A stretch of DNA of 64,000 nt from an uncultured Chloroflexia bacterium (GTDB lineage Bacteria > Chloroflexota > Anaerolineae > JAAYZQ01). Under the pieces are notes generated by a model, which searched no databases, was not told where the DNA came from, and was given only the letters and a program-made list of their open reading frames with translations. Shown piece after piece: positions 38,104 to 48,156 of this stretch (the stretch's first letter is position 1; the number at the start of each line of letters is the position of its first letter). Location of the stretch: NCBI GenBank assembly GCA_963783445.1, contig CAWANP010000008.1:14986-78985 (forward strand), in the 5' to 3' direction. The translations under genes and the position numbers were made by a program.

Positions 38104-39438
38104 ATGACCCTGATCGTACGGGGCGCCCTGTGGTTTGGACTCTACTTGTTCTTGATCCTGCTGCCGCTGGTTACAGCAGCCATCTCCGCCCCGGCCCGCG
38201 TGGCGCCGTCCTTCAGCGTAGAGCTGGGAGTGGGCGCTGGCTTTGTCGGCTTGGCGCTCATGTGCCTGGAGTTTGCGCTAATATCGCGAACCAAGGCAGC
38301 GGCCCAGGCATTCGGAGAGGACGCCCTCCAACTCTTTCACAACCTGATGGGCATGGTGGCTCTGGGTTTCCTGGTGGCCCACCCCACCCTACTCATCATC
38401 TCCGGCTACCCCGCCGACTGCTGGCTCAATCCCTTTGCCGGTTGTGCGAACACTGCGACGCGGACGGCATCCCTGGCGCTCTATGTCTTGGTTCTCTTGG
38501 TTGGGCTCTCGATCTGGCGCAAGAAACTCGGGATCAAGTACGAGCTGTGGCAGGTCACCCATGGCCTGTTCGCACTCTATGTGCTTGTCGCGGCCATGGT
38601 CCACATCTTTGTCCTTGGCCGGTACACCACCACCCCGATCATGAAGGCCGTGTGGCTAGTCTATGCGATCCTGGTCACGGTACTGCTATTGTACTACAAG
38701 ATCCTGATGCCCATTCTCAACTGGAACAAGACGTGGGAGGTTGTTGAAAACCGAGAGGAACGAGGGGACTCACGCACACTGATACTAAAGCCGGTGGGCC
38801 ACAAGGGCTATTCCTTCCAACCGGGCCAGTTTGCCTGGCTGAAAACAGGTCGCACGCCCTTTGGAGTTGGACAGCACCCCATCTCCATGTCATCCTGCGG
38901 GGATGTTGAACCGGGCGGCCAGGTGGCCTTCACCATCAAAGACCTGGGCGACTGGTCGGGCCAGGAGGTGCCCGCTCTCAAACCTGGCGATACCCTGTGG
39001 TTGGACGGCCCGCACGGCGTCTTTTCCATGGATCGCGAGCAGGGGATGGGCTATGTCTTTGTCGGGGGCGGGGTCGGCATCACCCCGCTCTACTCAATGC
39101 TGCAAACGATGGTCAAGCGGGAGGACGTGCGGCCGGTACTGCTCTTCTATGGCGGGTCCGACTGGGAAAGCCTGACCTTTCGCGAGGAACTGGACGACCT
39201 GGCAGGGAAGATGAACCTGCAGATCATCCACGTTCTGTCACATCCACCCGAGGGATGGGAAGGGGAGAGCGGCTATGTGACCGGCGAGGTCATGAAGAGT
39301 TATCTGCCCAAGCAGTACAAACGATTCATCTACTTTGTTTGCGGCCCAGAACCGCTGATGGATGCCATGGAGCAAGCACTGCCCGAACTTGGGGTCCCGC
39401 CCGAGAACGTCCACACAGAACGCTTTGACATGGTCTAG
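38104..39438 (+). CDS. Ferric-reductase-like TM + FAD/NAD(P)H-binding flavocytochrome (bacterial NOX-like)
   Basis: TM histidines (FHNL, AHP, THG, VHI); FQPGQF, HPISMS, DGPHG, GGGVGITP, CGP, terminal ERF. Confidence 0.85.
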   Translation: MTLIVRGALWFGLYLFLILLPLVTAAISAPARVAPSFSVELGVGAGFVGLALMCLEFALISRTKAAAQAFGEDALQLFHNLMGMVALGFLVAHPTLLIISGYPADCWLNPFAGCANTATRTASLALYVLVLLVGLSIWRKKLGIKYELWQVTHGLFALYVLVAAMVHIFVLGRYTTTPIMKAVWLVYAILVTVLLLYYKILMPILNWNKTWEVVENREERGDSRTLILKPVGHKGYSFQPGQFAWLKTGRTPFGVGQHPISMSSCGDVEPGGQVAFTIKDLGDWSGQEVPALKPGDTLWLDGPHGVFSMDREQGMGYVFVGGGVGITPLYSMLQTMVKREDVRPVLLFYGGSDWESLTFREELDDLAGKMNLQIIHVLSHPPEGWEGESGYVTGEVMKSYLPKQYKRFIYFVCGPEPLMDAMEQALPELGVPPENVHTERFDMV

Positions 39439-39453
39439 GAGGAGGGAACGAAT

Positions 39454-39555
39454 ATGCATCATCTCGTAGTCAAGAGCGTTGCCGTTGGCCTGACCATTTT
39501 GTTGATCGTTGCCATCGTGGTCTTTGCCATTCTCGTCAAGGCGCCGGTAGGCTAG
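39454..39555 (+). CDS. 33-aa single-TM microprotein (MHHLVVKSVAVGLTILLIVAIVVFAILVKAPVG)
   Basis: Strong AGGAGGAGG RBS right after the upstream stop; one long hydrophobic helix; below the ORF-track size cutoff. Confidence 0.6.
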   Translation: MHHLVVKSVAVGLTILLIVAIVVFAILVKAPVG

Positions 39556-39609
39556 GCACAATTGATGGCAGAGTTGGCTGGTAAGGTCACCTGCCAGTTT
39601 CCTTGGCGA

Positions 39610-40257
39610 TCACTCTACCGAGGGAAAGACGACCTCCTCCTTACCCGCCAGCCGATCCTGGATGCGCTGGACGACGATGTCCAGGTGCCCGGACCTGTGG
39701 ACAAAGTCCAGGTCGTCAGTACGGATGGTGATCACCGGACAGAGGTCAAAGGATTGCAGCCACTCATCGTAGAAGGTTTCCAGTAGCGACAAGTACTCAT
39801 CTGTGATACCGGTTTCGATGGCCCGCCCCCGCCGCCCAATGCGCGCCAGAAGGACATCGACAGGACAATGGAGGTAGAGTAGGAGATCAGGTCGGGGCAA
39901 GCTGGCGACTACTTGCTCGAAAACGGCCCGATAGGCATGGAAGTCGCGTTCGCTCAGGTTGCCCAGGTGGTACAGGGCCCGGGCAAAGATGTGAGCATCC
40001 TCATAGATGCTACGGTCGGCGATGGCCGACTCCGGACCACTGGCCAATTCCAGGTGTTGCTCCGCCCGGTGGCCCAGAAAAAAGACCTGCAGGTGGAAGG
40101 ACCATTGGGCCATGTCGGCGTAGAAATCGGCCAGGTAGGGATTGTCGGCCACCGATTCAAAGGCTGTGCGCCAGCCCAGCCGCGAACCCAGCCGCTCCGT
40201 CAGCGAGGTCTTGCCCGAGGCGATGTTGCCGGCGACGAGAACGAGGCGCTTGGTCAT
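39610..40257 (-). CDS. Deoxynucleoside kinase
   Basis: AGNIASGKT P-loop, NPYLADFY, DRSIYED, RIGRRGR lid. Confidence 0.92.
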   Translation of the reverse strand: MTKRLVLVAGNIASGKTSLTERLGSRLGWRTAFESVADNPYLADFYADMAQWSFHLQVFFLGHRAEQHLELASGPESAIADRSIYEDAHIFARALYHLGNLSERDFHAYRAVFEQVVASLPRPDLLLYLHCPVDVLLARIGRRGRAIETGITDEYLSLLETFYDEWLQSFDLCPVITIRTDDLDFVHRSGHLDIVVQRIQDRLAGKEEVVFPSVE

Positions 40258-40408
40258 GGTTTCCTCCCACATGAAAAGTGCAGTCTCTCAACAGTGTGCT
40301 CCAGAAGCTGCTGCAGAACGGCAGTCTGTGGCCACTAACCGCCTTCCGCCAACAAGGACGAAAGCCTGGCCAGTGAGGTCCAACTACCTTAAACCGGATC
40401 TGCAGTTG

Positions 40409-41530
40409 TCAGGCAGACTGCGAACGCTGGCCCCAGGCCAGCAGAATCTCTCCAGCGGCCCGCTCAGCAGCCGCAGCGGCGCGCAGACCGCCAGCTACCT
40501 GGCGCGCCTCCACCCTGTCCGCGATGCCATCTTCCAGGGCCGCCAGCAATGCCCCATAGGTATCCGAAGCCTGGTCAAATAGCATGGCAGCTTTCTCCAG
40601 ATCAGCCTCGCCCGGAAACGCTTCCCGCAGGTAAGTGGTATTCTCCTGGCGCACATAGATGGCTGTCTTCAGGCCAGGCTGCATCTCCGTGGCGTCGACC
40701 TTGGCACCTCGCAACTCGATCTGGCTGGCCAGTCTATCGATGACGTCAGCACCCTGGGGCGGGCCGTACCGCGCACCGCCGATGAGCGAGTGGCCATTGT
40801 GAACCCAGACCGGGCCCAGATCCGGTTCTAGGGGTCCTGGCTCAAAGACTGAGAGCGAATAGCGCCAGGGATAGTCAAAGAGCCGCGCCTGACCCAACAC
40901 AGCCTCCAATAGCTTCTCACTTTCTACGAAAAGACCGGCTGCGCCAGGGAGCCGGTGGCCCGGCTCACAAGGCACATCTGGCAGGCAGACCGTCTCATAG
41001 TAGTAGAAGCCGACTGTGTCGTATCCTACCAATATGTCGCTATGGGGAATTGCTGCCTCCAGGCCATCATACAGAACAGCCATGTCCAATCCGACGCGAA
41101 CCGGGTATCCTTGCGAGAGGTAGTATCGCAGGGCATCAAGATAAGGCCCGGCATCGTCGGTGACGTGGAAGCGGCGCTCCAGGCCCAAGTAGGGTGCGGC
41201 GATGACAAAGCCAGGCTCGGGATCCGTACCCGGATAGAATCCCAGGCCACCCGGAATCTGGCCCGCACCGTAGGTGAAGCCCATGAGAAAGTCAAAGTAC
41301 CGCCGGGGTTGGGATATGCCGTGCTGGGCAGCGATCATTTGCAGGCTGGTGGATTGGCAAACCGCTTCCCGGGCCGCAATCCAGGGAACGTCATCCAGGT
41401 GATGCTCCTCCGGATAGCCACCGAGACCGTCAGGCTGCAGTCCCAGCGGATGGTAGGACTCCTCGTAGTAGCGCCGCACAAAGAAGCGCGTGAGGGCTCG
41501 CCTAAGACCCAAATACAGCTTGCTACTCAC
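40409..41530 (-). CDS. BtrH-like / papain-fold (C39-like) hypothetical protein
   Basis: CQSTSLQM (Cys) and PHSDILVGYD (His) arrangement, YPVRVGLDM, helical C-terminus. Confidence 0.55.
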   Translation of the reverse strand: MSSKLYLGLRRALTRFFVRRYYEESYHPLGLQPDGLGGYPEEHHLDDVPWIAAREAVCQSTSLQMIAAQHGISQPRRYFDFLMGFTYGAGQIPGGLGFYPGTDPEPGFVIAAPYLGLERRFHVTDDAGPYLDALRYYLSQGYPVRVGLDMAVLYDGLEAAIPHSDILVGYDTVGFYYYETVCLPDVPCEPGHRLPGAAGLFVESEKLLEAVLGQARLFDYPWRYSLSVFEPGPLEPDLGPVWVHNGHSLIGGARYGPPQGADVIDRLASQIELRGAKVDATEMQPGLKTAIYVRQENTTYLREAFPGEADLEKAAMLFDQASDTYGALLAALEDGIADRVEARQVAGGLRAAAAAERAAGEILLAWGQRSQSA

Positions 41531-41580
41531 CCGTTCCCCTCTTTCATGTTGCCCTCCACACCCCGGGCTACCAACGATTC

Positions 41581-42501
41581 CTAGTCTCGAGCCTGTACCT
41601 CAAGTAGACCAATGGCCTGGCTCACGGTCAGGTCCACCCGGTCCTTAGCCGCATCATAGCCGGGTGAGGTGTAAACATCACCATCGCGCTGGTAGCCATC
41701 GGGCATCACCCGCACCGCAATACCACTGTCCGCATGAATACGGGCTTCCAGACCATCGGGAATGACAACCGTTGTCATCCCAATGGCCCCATCAACACCG
41801 GCCTGATAGCGACCTTGAGACGGCAGCGTGACTTTTGTGAATCCAACGCCCATGTCGGTTTGAAGGTCGCCCAACGCCAGGCCGGTCAGGTTCAGGCTGG
41901 CTTCTCCCATGCCCATGCTCGTCTCCAGCTGGAACAGGGGCGCAGGACTCAACCCCAGATCCCAGGCCCGCTGCAGGCCAAAGCCGCCATTGAAGGGGCC
42001 CCATCCGTACTGAGTGGTTCGCAGCTCAAGAGTCACCCGATCACCATCACGAGAGAATTCCTGATCCACTTTCTCGCCGTCGGCCAATTGAAGGCTGCCC
42101 TCGATCAAGTTCGCTGACTCGGGCAGAGCCTCAATGCGAAGAACTCCCACCCCAGGCTCGACCACTACCCTCGCCTCCGTAGCGCCTTCCAAGGGCTGGC
42201 TGATCTCTTGGCTAGCCGTCGTGCGTTCCCCCATCACGTCAGCCTGGCTAAGCCACAGGGCACCTGCCGCGATCCCAATGACCAGTATCACAACCAAGAG
42301 AGAACCCCAGATCGAACGGCGACCGATGAGAATCTCCAGACCCAGCGCAATCAGGAATACCGGCCAGAGTTGGATGATTGTCCACCACACGCTCCATTCC
42401 AGGATCCCGAGCACGTTCAGCAAAAGGACAATGCCCACGGCGATCAACAGCACCGGGCCTAAAAGATCGACCTGTTTTTGCTTCTGTTTCTGTTCTTCCA
42501 T
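41581..42501 (-). CDS. LiaF/LiaI-like membrane protein with C-terminal beta-helix ('toast-rack') domain
   Basis: N-terminal TMs with LWPVFLIALG; repeated GxGxxxLxL segments. Confidence 0.7.
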   Translation of the reverse strand: MEEQKQKQKQVDLLGPVLLIAVGIVLLLNVLGILEWSVWWTIIQLWPVFLIALGLEILIGRRSIWGSLLVVILVIGIAAGALWLSQADVMGERTTASQEISQPLEGATEARVVVEPGVGVLRIEALPESANLIEGSLQLADGEKVDQEFSRDGDRVTLELRTTQYGWGPFNGGFGLQRAWDLGLSPAPLFQLETSMGMGEASLNLTGLALGDLQTDMGVGFTKVTLPSQGRYQAGVDGAIGMTTVVIPDGLEARIHADSGIAVRVMPDGYQRDGDVYTSPGYDAAKDRVDLTVSQAIGLLEVQARD

Positions 42502-42555
42502 TTCAGACTCCTTGTCTCCACCTGTCCAGGGACCCCGATGGCGTCCCCCATACGT

Positions 42556-43374
42556 CTAAAGGGTTGCTCTCAGCGCACTGACCTCTGTCGGGTAGTTCTT
42601 GAGCAACCGATTCTTCTTCAGGTTCTCCTTCACGATCCAGCGGACGTCCCGATCGTCGAGCACGGCCAACTCGGCCAGGAAAGAGAATCCCTTCTGGGGA
42701 ACCGCACAAACGACGACGCTCAAAGTATAGCCCAGGCCCTTTCTAAGCGCACGAAAGGCATCCGACCTGCGGTCGTCCATCTCTAGTATCCGGGTGAGAA
42801 TCTCCCGGTGCAGTCGCAGGGCCGTCATCGCTGTCGCCGGGTCCCGAAGGAGCGCAGGCTCAGCTACGCCCGCCGCCACGGCCCGCATCTCCAGGGGATG
42901 CCCGCCTGCTACCCAGGTCGCAAGGGCCGCCAGGGTCTCCTCGCTGCGTACAGGTAGAAGATGCTGCAGCCCAAAACACACGGCCTCCCTCATCCGCCAA
43001 CGGGGATCGCGAGCCAGCTCGCGGAGGGCGCCTAACGCAAGCTCAGTATACGCTGCATTCGTTGCACCGATGGCCCCGAGACCAACGGTCCCACAGAAGG
43101 GAAGAAACTCGCGAGGATCGTTGACGGGAGCCTCTGCCGCCGAGATCTCTGTCATGCCCTCACACAGCGCCCAAATGGACTCCAGCGACGCATCGCAGCC
43201 GGCCAGATCCCCCACAACGTCACCGAAGGCCAGGGCCAACTCCAGGTTTCCCCTGGGGCCTGGCAGGTTGCTGTTTGAGAGGAAGTAGGCAGTCAGATCT
43301 TTGACATCGCCAGTTGCCACGAAGCCATCAAAGAGGCTGACCAGGTCTCGCTTATGCACGTCTCTTTTGCCCAT
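42556..43374 (-). CDS. HEAT-repeat protein (DNA alkylation repair-like)
   Basis: SNLPGPRGNLEL, DPRWRMREAV, LRKGLGY, WIVKENLKKNRL. Confidence 0.65.
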   Translation of the reverse strand: MGKRDVHKRDLVSLFDGFVATGDVKDLTAYFLSNSNLPGPRGNLELALAFGDVVGDLAGCDASLESIWALCEGMTEISAAEAPVNDPREFLPFCGTVGLGAIGATNAAYTELALGALRELARDPRWRMREAVCFGLQHLLPVRSEETLAALATWVAGGHPLEMRAVAAGVAEPALLRDPATAMTALRLHREILTRILEMDDRRSDAFRALRKGLGYTLSVVVCAVPQKGFSFLAELAVLDDRDVRWIVKENLKKNRLLKNYPTEVSALRATL

Positions 43375-43391
43375 CTTGCACAGGTACCTCT

Positions 43392-44117
43392 CTAGCCGCG
43401 GACAGCTCGTTCGCCACGCCACTGGGTCCCGTGCTCTCCGGCATGCCCGATAGTTGTGACCAGGCTGGCTGGATCCAGCCCGCTGAAATCGCTCACCACG
43501 TCGAGGACGGAGGATGGGACACGAAATTCCTCAGCCTGTGGATTCGTAGCGATGACAATGACGTGCATTCCAGCGAGATGCGCTGCTTCGACACCGGACT
43601 GTGAATCCTCGAATACCAGGCATTGCCCTGGGCTGATGCCCAGCTTCTGGGCAGTAGTCAAAAAGATCTGGGGCCCACTCTTTCCCTGGAGAACGTCATC
43701 GCCCCCGACGATGACGTTGAAGCAGGTATTGAGGCCCAGCCCATCCAGGGTGAATTCGATGTTGCGCCTGCCAGCCGATGTAGCCACGGCCATCGGGATG
43801 CCCAATGCCTGCGCTTCACGCAGGAAGCGATGGACCCCGGCGACTGCTCTGAGGTGAGGTCCATAGAATTTGCGGTAGATAACCTCCTTGCGCTCCGAGT
43901 GCCTGTCGATATCTTGGCCGGAAATACTCCCGGCAAGTACGTGCCGGAGCAGTTCCGGGGTCGTATGGCTGCCCATAAGACGAGCAAGGCGTCCGGGGGT
44001 CATCTCGATGCCCAACTCGGCAAACATCTCCAGCCAGGATTGGGTATGGAAAGCCATATTGTCGACAAGGGTGCCATCCATGTCAAAGATGAACCCACTA
44101 CAGGTCATGGAGGTCAT
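43392..44117 (-). CDS. HAD-family phosphatase (beta-PGM/YqaB-like)
   Basis: FDMDGTLVD, ATSA, GK, VFEDSQSGV. Confidence 0.9.
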   Translation of the reverse strand: MTSMTCSGFIFDMDGTLVDNMAFHTQSWLEMFAELGIEMTPGRLARLMGSHTTPELLRHVLAGSISGQDIDRHSERKEVIYRKFYGPHLRAVAGVHRFLREAQALGIPMAVATSAGRRNIEFTLDGLGLNTCFNVIVGGDDVLQGKSGPQIFLTTAQKLGISPGQCLVFEDSQSGVEAAHLAGMHVIVIATNPQAEEFRVPSSVLDVVSDFSGLDPASLVTTIGHAGEHGTQWRGERAVRG

Positions 44118-44426
44118 TGATGGCTCCTTTCAGCGTCTCAACATTCTACCATGATTCGGTACTTTGCGGCAAATGGGTCGGAGGCTAGCCGGAGGCCGAG
44201 AAGACACTGTAGCGCTGAAAGCGCACAAAAGTGCGCACTACGAACCAGCGACTCCAGTTACAGCCCTGACGTGGTAGGTGTAAACTGCTGCGATTGGATT
44301 GGCAGCCGGGCTGCTGGAACCTGTTTGGCGCCACGCCCAAGCTGTGGTAAGATGAGTGCAGGAACGCTTGTGTTTGCGTTCGCGCCAGCCAGCGGGGTTT
44401 GCCGCAAGGGCCCCACAGGGAATGAG

Positions 44427-47132
44427 ATGATCGCACCGCTCCTGACCACCAAACTTTACATCCCACCGCCGCGCGCCAACCTGGTGTCGCGCCCTCGTCT
44501 GGTCCAGCGCATGGATGAGGGGCTGCGTCTGCGCCACAAGCTGACCCTCGTCTCCGCCCCGGCGGGCTTTGGCAAAACGACACTGATCACTGAGTGGATT
44601 CTCGGCAGCCCACGAGAGATCGCCTGGCTGTCCGTGGATGAGGGGGACAATGATCCCGTACAGCTGCTCCACTACCTGATTGCCGCACTGCAACCGGTCG
44701 ATGGCCGCATCGGAGGAACCGTCCGGCAGATCCTGCAGGCTGCCCAACTACCGCCCACCCAAAGCCTGATCACGGTATTGGTCAACGACATCAGCGCCGC
44801 GGCCAGCGCCTTGACGCTCGTACTGGACGACTACCAGCTCATCACTTCACCAGAGGCACACCGGGTCGTGGCCTTTCTCCTGGAACACCAGCCGCCCAAT
44901 ATGCACCTGATCGTCGGCACACGACAGGACCCCCCTCTGCCCCTTCCGCGTTTGCGCGCCCGGAGCCAGGTGACCGAAGTCCGGGAGCAAGAGCTGCGTT
45001 TCACGGTAGAGGAGACGGCGGACTTTTTCGCCAAGACGATGGACCTAGCCCTCTCGTCCGAGGCCGTGGAAGCCATTGAGTCGCGTACCGAGGGGTGGGT
45101 CACGGGCCTGCAACTGGCCGCGGTTGCCGCCCTTTCCTACGAGCAGGCGCCATCGCATCCAGTCTCCTCGGAGGAACCAGATGCAGCGAGATCCGAAGCC
45201 CTCATTTCCGCTTTCACCGGGGATGATCGCTACGTCATGGACTATCTCGTTGCAGAGGTACTCCAGCGGCAGCCAGAGGCGATGCGCAGCTTTTTGCAGC
45301 AAACGGCCATCGTAGACCGGCTCACCGCCTCCTTGTGCAATGCGCTGACAGGGAGAGAAGACGGCCAAGCAGTCCTGGACCAGCTAGAGGGTACGAACCT
45401 ATTTCTGATCTCCATCGACCACCGGCGCGAATGGTACCGGTACCATCGCTTGTTTGCCGAGGTGCTGCGCACAATGCTCGACCCGCAAGAGCAGATGATT
45501 CTGCAGCAGAAGGCTGCGAATTGGTACGAGGGCCACGGCTATATGCGCCAAGCCATCAAACACGCGCTGGCCTACGCCTCGGCCTCCGGTGATCTGGATG
45601 AGGCCGAGCGGCTGATCTGCCACGCCGCGGACGAGACGATCCACTCGGGCAGTCTACTGACCGTGGGCAGATGGCTGGACTCGCTGCCGGACGAACGGGT
45701 GCGAGCCAGTGGAGGGCTGGCTACCTACAAAGGCTGGGTCCTGGTCTTGACCGGCGAGATAGACCGGGCGGAGGAGTATGCTCATGCGGCCGAACTCTGC
45801 TTCAAAAAGGCCGAGGCCCCGGACAAGGACTTGGGCAGGCTCCTGGTCCTGCGTGCCTTCATCGCCGTCTTTGGCCACCAGGACCATAAAGCTGCCATCG
45901 AGCTGGCCGCAGATGCCCTCCAGATGATGGGCGAGGACCAGGCACACTGGCGCGTGATCGCGCTTTGGGCCATGGCTGAGTCGCAGGAGCGGACGACCAA
46001 CATCACGGAGGCCATAGCCACCCTGTACAAAGCGCACAGGACCCGACACACGCTGGGCAAATTGATGTTTTCAGTCACCGTGGATCTTTTTTTGGCAACG
46101 GCCCTGTACCTACACGGGCAGCGGCAGGAAGCGGTTGCTGTTTGTACAGATGCCCTCGAGCAGCATAGCGACGAGTCAGGCCGGCCATCACCGGTAGCGG
46201 GGATGATAATCAGTTGGCTGGGCATGCTCCACTATGAGGCGAACCAGCTTGAGCAGGCGCGCGCGTACCTGGAACAGGGCCTGGCCCTTTGCCGCCAGCT
46301 GGGGTTGGATGCCAGCCTCCTGTTCGCGCACGGTTATCTGGCGCCAACCCTCTGGGCACAGGGAGACACCAAAGGTGCCCTGGTAGCCCTGTACAAGGCG
46401 CGCGAACTCGCCACGCAGACCGGCTTGACCGAGGCTGATCCCTTCCTCGCCCGGGAGGTCAACATGCGCCTGCAGCAGGGCGACGTTTCTTTCGCCCAGC
46501 AGTGGGCACAACAGTTAGGGCTGTCGCCCGACGGCGACCCCGACTACCTGGGCATCGAACGGCACGTGGCCTACGCCCGCCTGCTGCTGGCCCAGGGCCG
46601 GCTGTCGGACGCCCAGCGCTGGTTGGCCCGCCTGGAAAGCTTTGCGCTGGAAAGAGGTCTCTATCGCTGGCTTCTCACCGTCCACATCCTGCAGGCGCTG
46701 GCTGCCGCGCGCATGGGAGATCGCCCCTCCTCTCGCGCGCACCTCTCCGAAGCAGTACGGATCGGCGCCCCCGAAGGCTTTTACCGGGCCTTCCTGGACG
46801 AGGATGAGCAGGTTCTGGCCCTGTTGCCCGATGTCCGCGAGACTGCCCCGGCCTTTGTTGACCGACTGAGAGAATTCGTCGGAAGCTTCGAACTCAGTCC
46901 TGAACCTGGCAGCCAGCCAGCGGCGGCCCAAGCCCTGGTCGAAGCCCTTAGCGAGCGCGAGCTGGAGGTATTGGCTTTGATCGCCGCCGGGTTCTCCAAC
47001 CGCGAGATTGCCCAGAAGCTCTTTATCGCTCAGGGCACGGTCAAGAGGCACATCAACAACATCTATGGCAAAATGGAGGTTCGCAGCCGGACGCAGGCGG
47101 TAGCGCGGGCGCGAGAACTCGACCTGCTGTAG
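44427..47132 (+). CDS. MalT-like STAND ATPase/TPR/LuxR-HTH transcriptional regulator
   Basis: LLTTKLYIPP start, APAGFGKT, VLDDY, TEGWVTGLQL, YRYHRLF, C-terminal LSERELEVL...SNREIA...TVKRHINNIYGK. Confidence 0.93.
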   Translation: MIAPLLTTKLYIPPPRANLVSRPRLVQRMDEGLRLRHKLTLVSAPAGFGKTTLITEWILGSPREIAWLSVDEGDNDPVQLLHYLIAALQPVDGRIGGTVRQILQAAQLPPTQSLITVLVNDISAAASALTLVLDDYQLITSPEAHRVVAFLLEHQPPNMHLIVGTRQDPPLPLPRLRARSQVTEVREQELRFTVEETADFFAKTMDLALSSEAVEAIESRTEGWVTGLQLAAVAALSYEQAPSHPVSSEEPDAARSEALISAFTGDDRYVMDYLVAEVLQRQPEAMRSFLQQTAIVDRLTASLCNALTGREDGQAVLDQLEGTNLFLISIDHRREWYRYHRLFAEVLRTMLDPQEQMILQQKAANWYEGHGYMRQAIKHALAYASASGDLDEAERLICHAADETIHSGSLLTVGRWLDSLPDERVRASGGLATYKGWVLVLTGEIDRAEEYAHAAELCFKKAEAPDKDLGRLLVLRAFIAVFGHQDHKAAIELAADALQMMGEDQAHWRVIALWAMAESQERTTNITEAIATLYKAHRTRHTLGKLMFSVTVDLFLATALYLHGQRQEAVAVCTDALEQHSDESGRPSPVAGMIISWLGMLHYEANQLEQARAYLEQGLALCRQLGLDASLLFAHGYLAPTLWAQGDTKGALVALYKARELATQTGLTEADPFLAREVNMRLQQGDVSFAQQWAQQLGLSPDGDPDYLGIERHVAYARLLLAQGRLSDAQRWLARLESFALERGLYRWLLTVHILQALAAARMGDRPSSRAHLSEAVRIGAPEGFYRAFLDEDEQVLALLPDVRETAPAFVDRLREFVGSFELSPEPGSQPAAAQALVEALSERELEVLALIAAGFSNREIAQKLFIAQGTVKRHINNIYGKMEVRSRTQAVARARELDLL

Positions 47133-47152
47133 GCGGCACAGGTTCTTGAGTG

Positions 47153-47176
47153 AGGCCACCCGCGGGTGGCCTTTTC
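47153..47176 (+). terminator. Intrinsic terminator after MalT-like gene
   Basis: AGGCCACC-CGCG-GGTGGCCT followed by T run. Confidence 0.65.
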
Positions 47177-47319
47177 GCGTTTTCCCACGGCCGGCGCTCT
47201 CCGAAATGTACCCCCCGAATGTGCCCTTTGGCCCATGACACTGCACCCCCTTGCCTGGTATCCTCCTCGGTAGAGCTGTGGAAGACAGCATCCGCGCCAG
47301 CAACACGAGGAGGGTTATC

Positions 47320-48156
47320 ATGCTATCGTACGCCGAGATCGGCAAAGTAGGTAACACAACAAGCTCCGCTCTGAAGCAGTCACTTCGGACTGCTTCAGAC
47401 AAAAGCCTGTACTGGATGGGGCAGTCCGTCGTCGACCTGTACGCTCACATGGCACTCAAGATGGACGTCGAGTGGCAGGCGCCACTGCCCGAGGGGCCCA
47501 AGATCATCGCCCCCAACCACCCCACGACGCTCGATCCCTTTCTGATGCTGCACGTTGTGCGCGAACCGGTCAGCATCCTGGTCACGGGGGCGGCCTTTGA
47601 GATTCCCGTCTTTGGGCATACCATCCGCCGCATGGGCCACGTGCCGGTCGTGCAGGGCAACGGCCGGGCAGCCTTTGAGGAGGCCAGACAACTGCTGAGG
47701 GAGGGGCGTACGCTGGCCGTCTTCCCTGAGGGGGCGCTGAGCCCAGCGGAGGGTGGCTGCCAGGCACCCCGCACCGGGGCAGCCCGCCTGGCCCTGAGCA
47801 GCGGCGCGCCGATCATCCCCGTGGGCATCCATCTGGATCGCGACCACGTCCGGCCCATCGGAGGGGAGATCGCGGGCGAAGAGGCGGAGGGCCGGGTGTG
47901 CTATGGGGGACCGTACGCAGTCACCGTGGGCCGGCCCATCTGGTTCGCCGGGGAACTGGCGGATCGCGAGTTTGTGCATACCGTCTCGGACATTGTTATG
48001 CGGCGGATCGGGCATCTCGCCGGTATGAGCGCCCAGCGCATAGAGTTGGCGCAGTCGAGTTCGGCCAGGCCCTTCAACAGCCCGGTCGAGGTGGGCAGCA
48101 GCCCGTGGGCCAGCCTGAAGGGCAGAATCGCCAGTGGCAGCAGGGTATCACCATGA
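47320..48156 (+). CDS. Lysophospholipid acyltransferase (PlsC family)
   Basis: NHPTTLD (HxxxxD), FPEG, GAARLA, PIIPV. Confidence 0.88.
   Translation: MLSYAEIGKVGNTTSSALKQSLRTASDKSLYWMGQSVVDLYAHMALKMDVEWQAPLPEGPKIIAPNHPTTLDPFLMLHVVREPVSILVTGAAFEIPVFGHTIRRMGHVPVVQGNGRAAFEEARQLLREGRTLAVFPEGALSPAEGGCQAPRTGAARLALSSGAPIIPVGIHLDRDHVRPIGGEIAGEEAEGRVCYGGPYAVTVGRPIWFAGELADREFVHTVSDIVMRRIGHLAGMSAQRIELAQSSSARPFNSPVEVGSSPWASLKGRIASGSRVSP

Noticed and set aside
44151-44426. N-terminal extension of the MalT-like ORF
   Set aside because: The family-typical start is MIAPLLTTKL at 44427; the extension spans promoter-like sequence.
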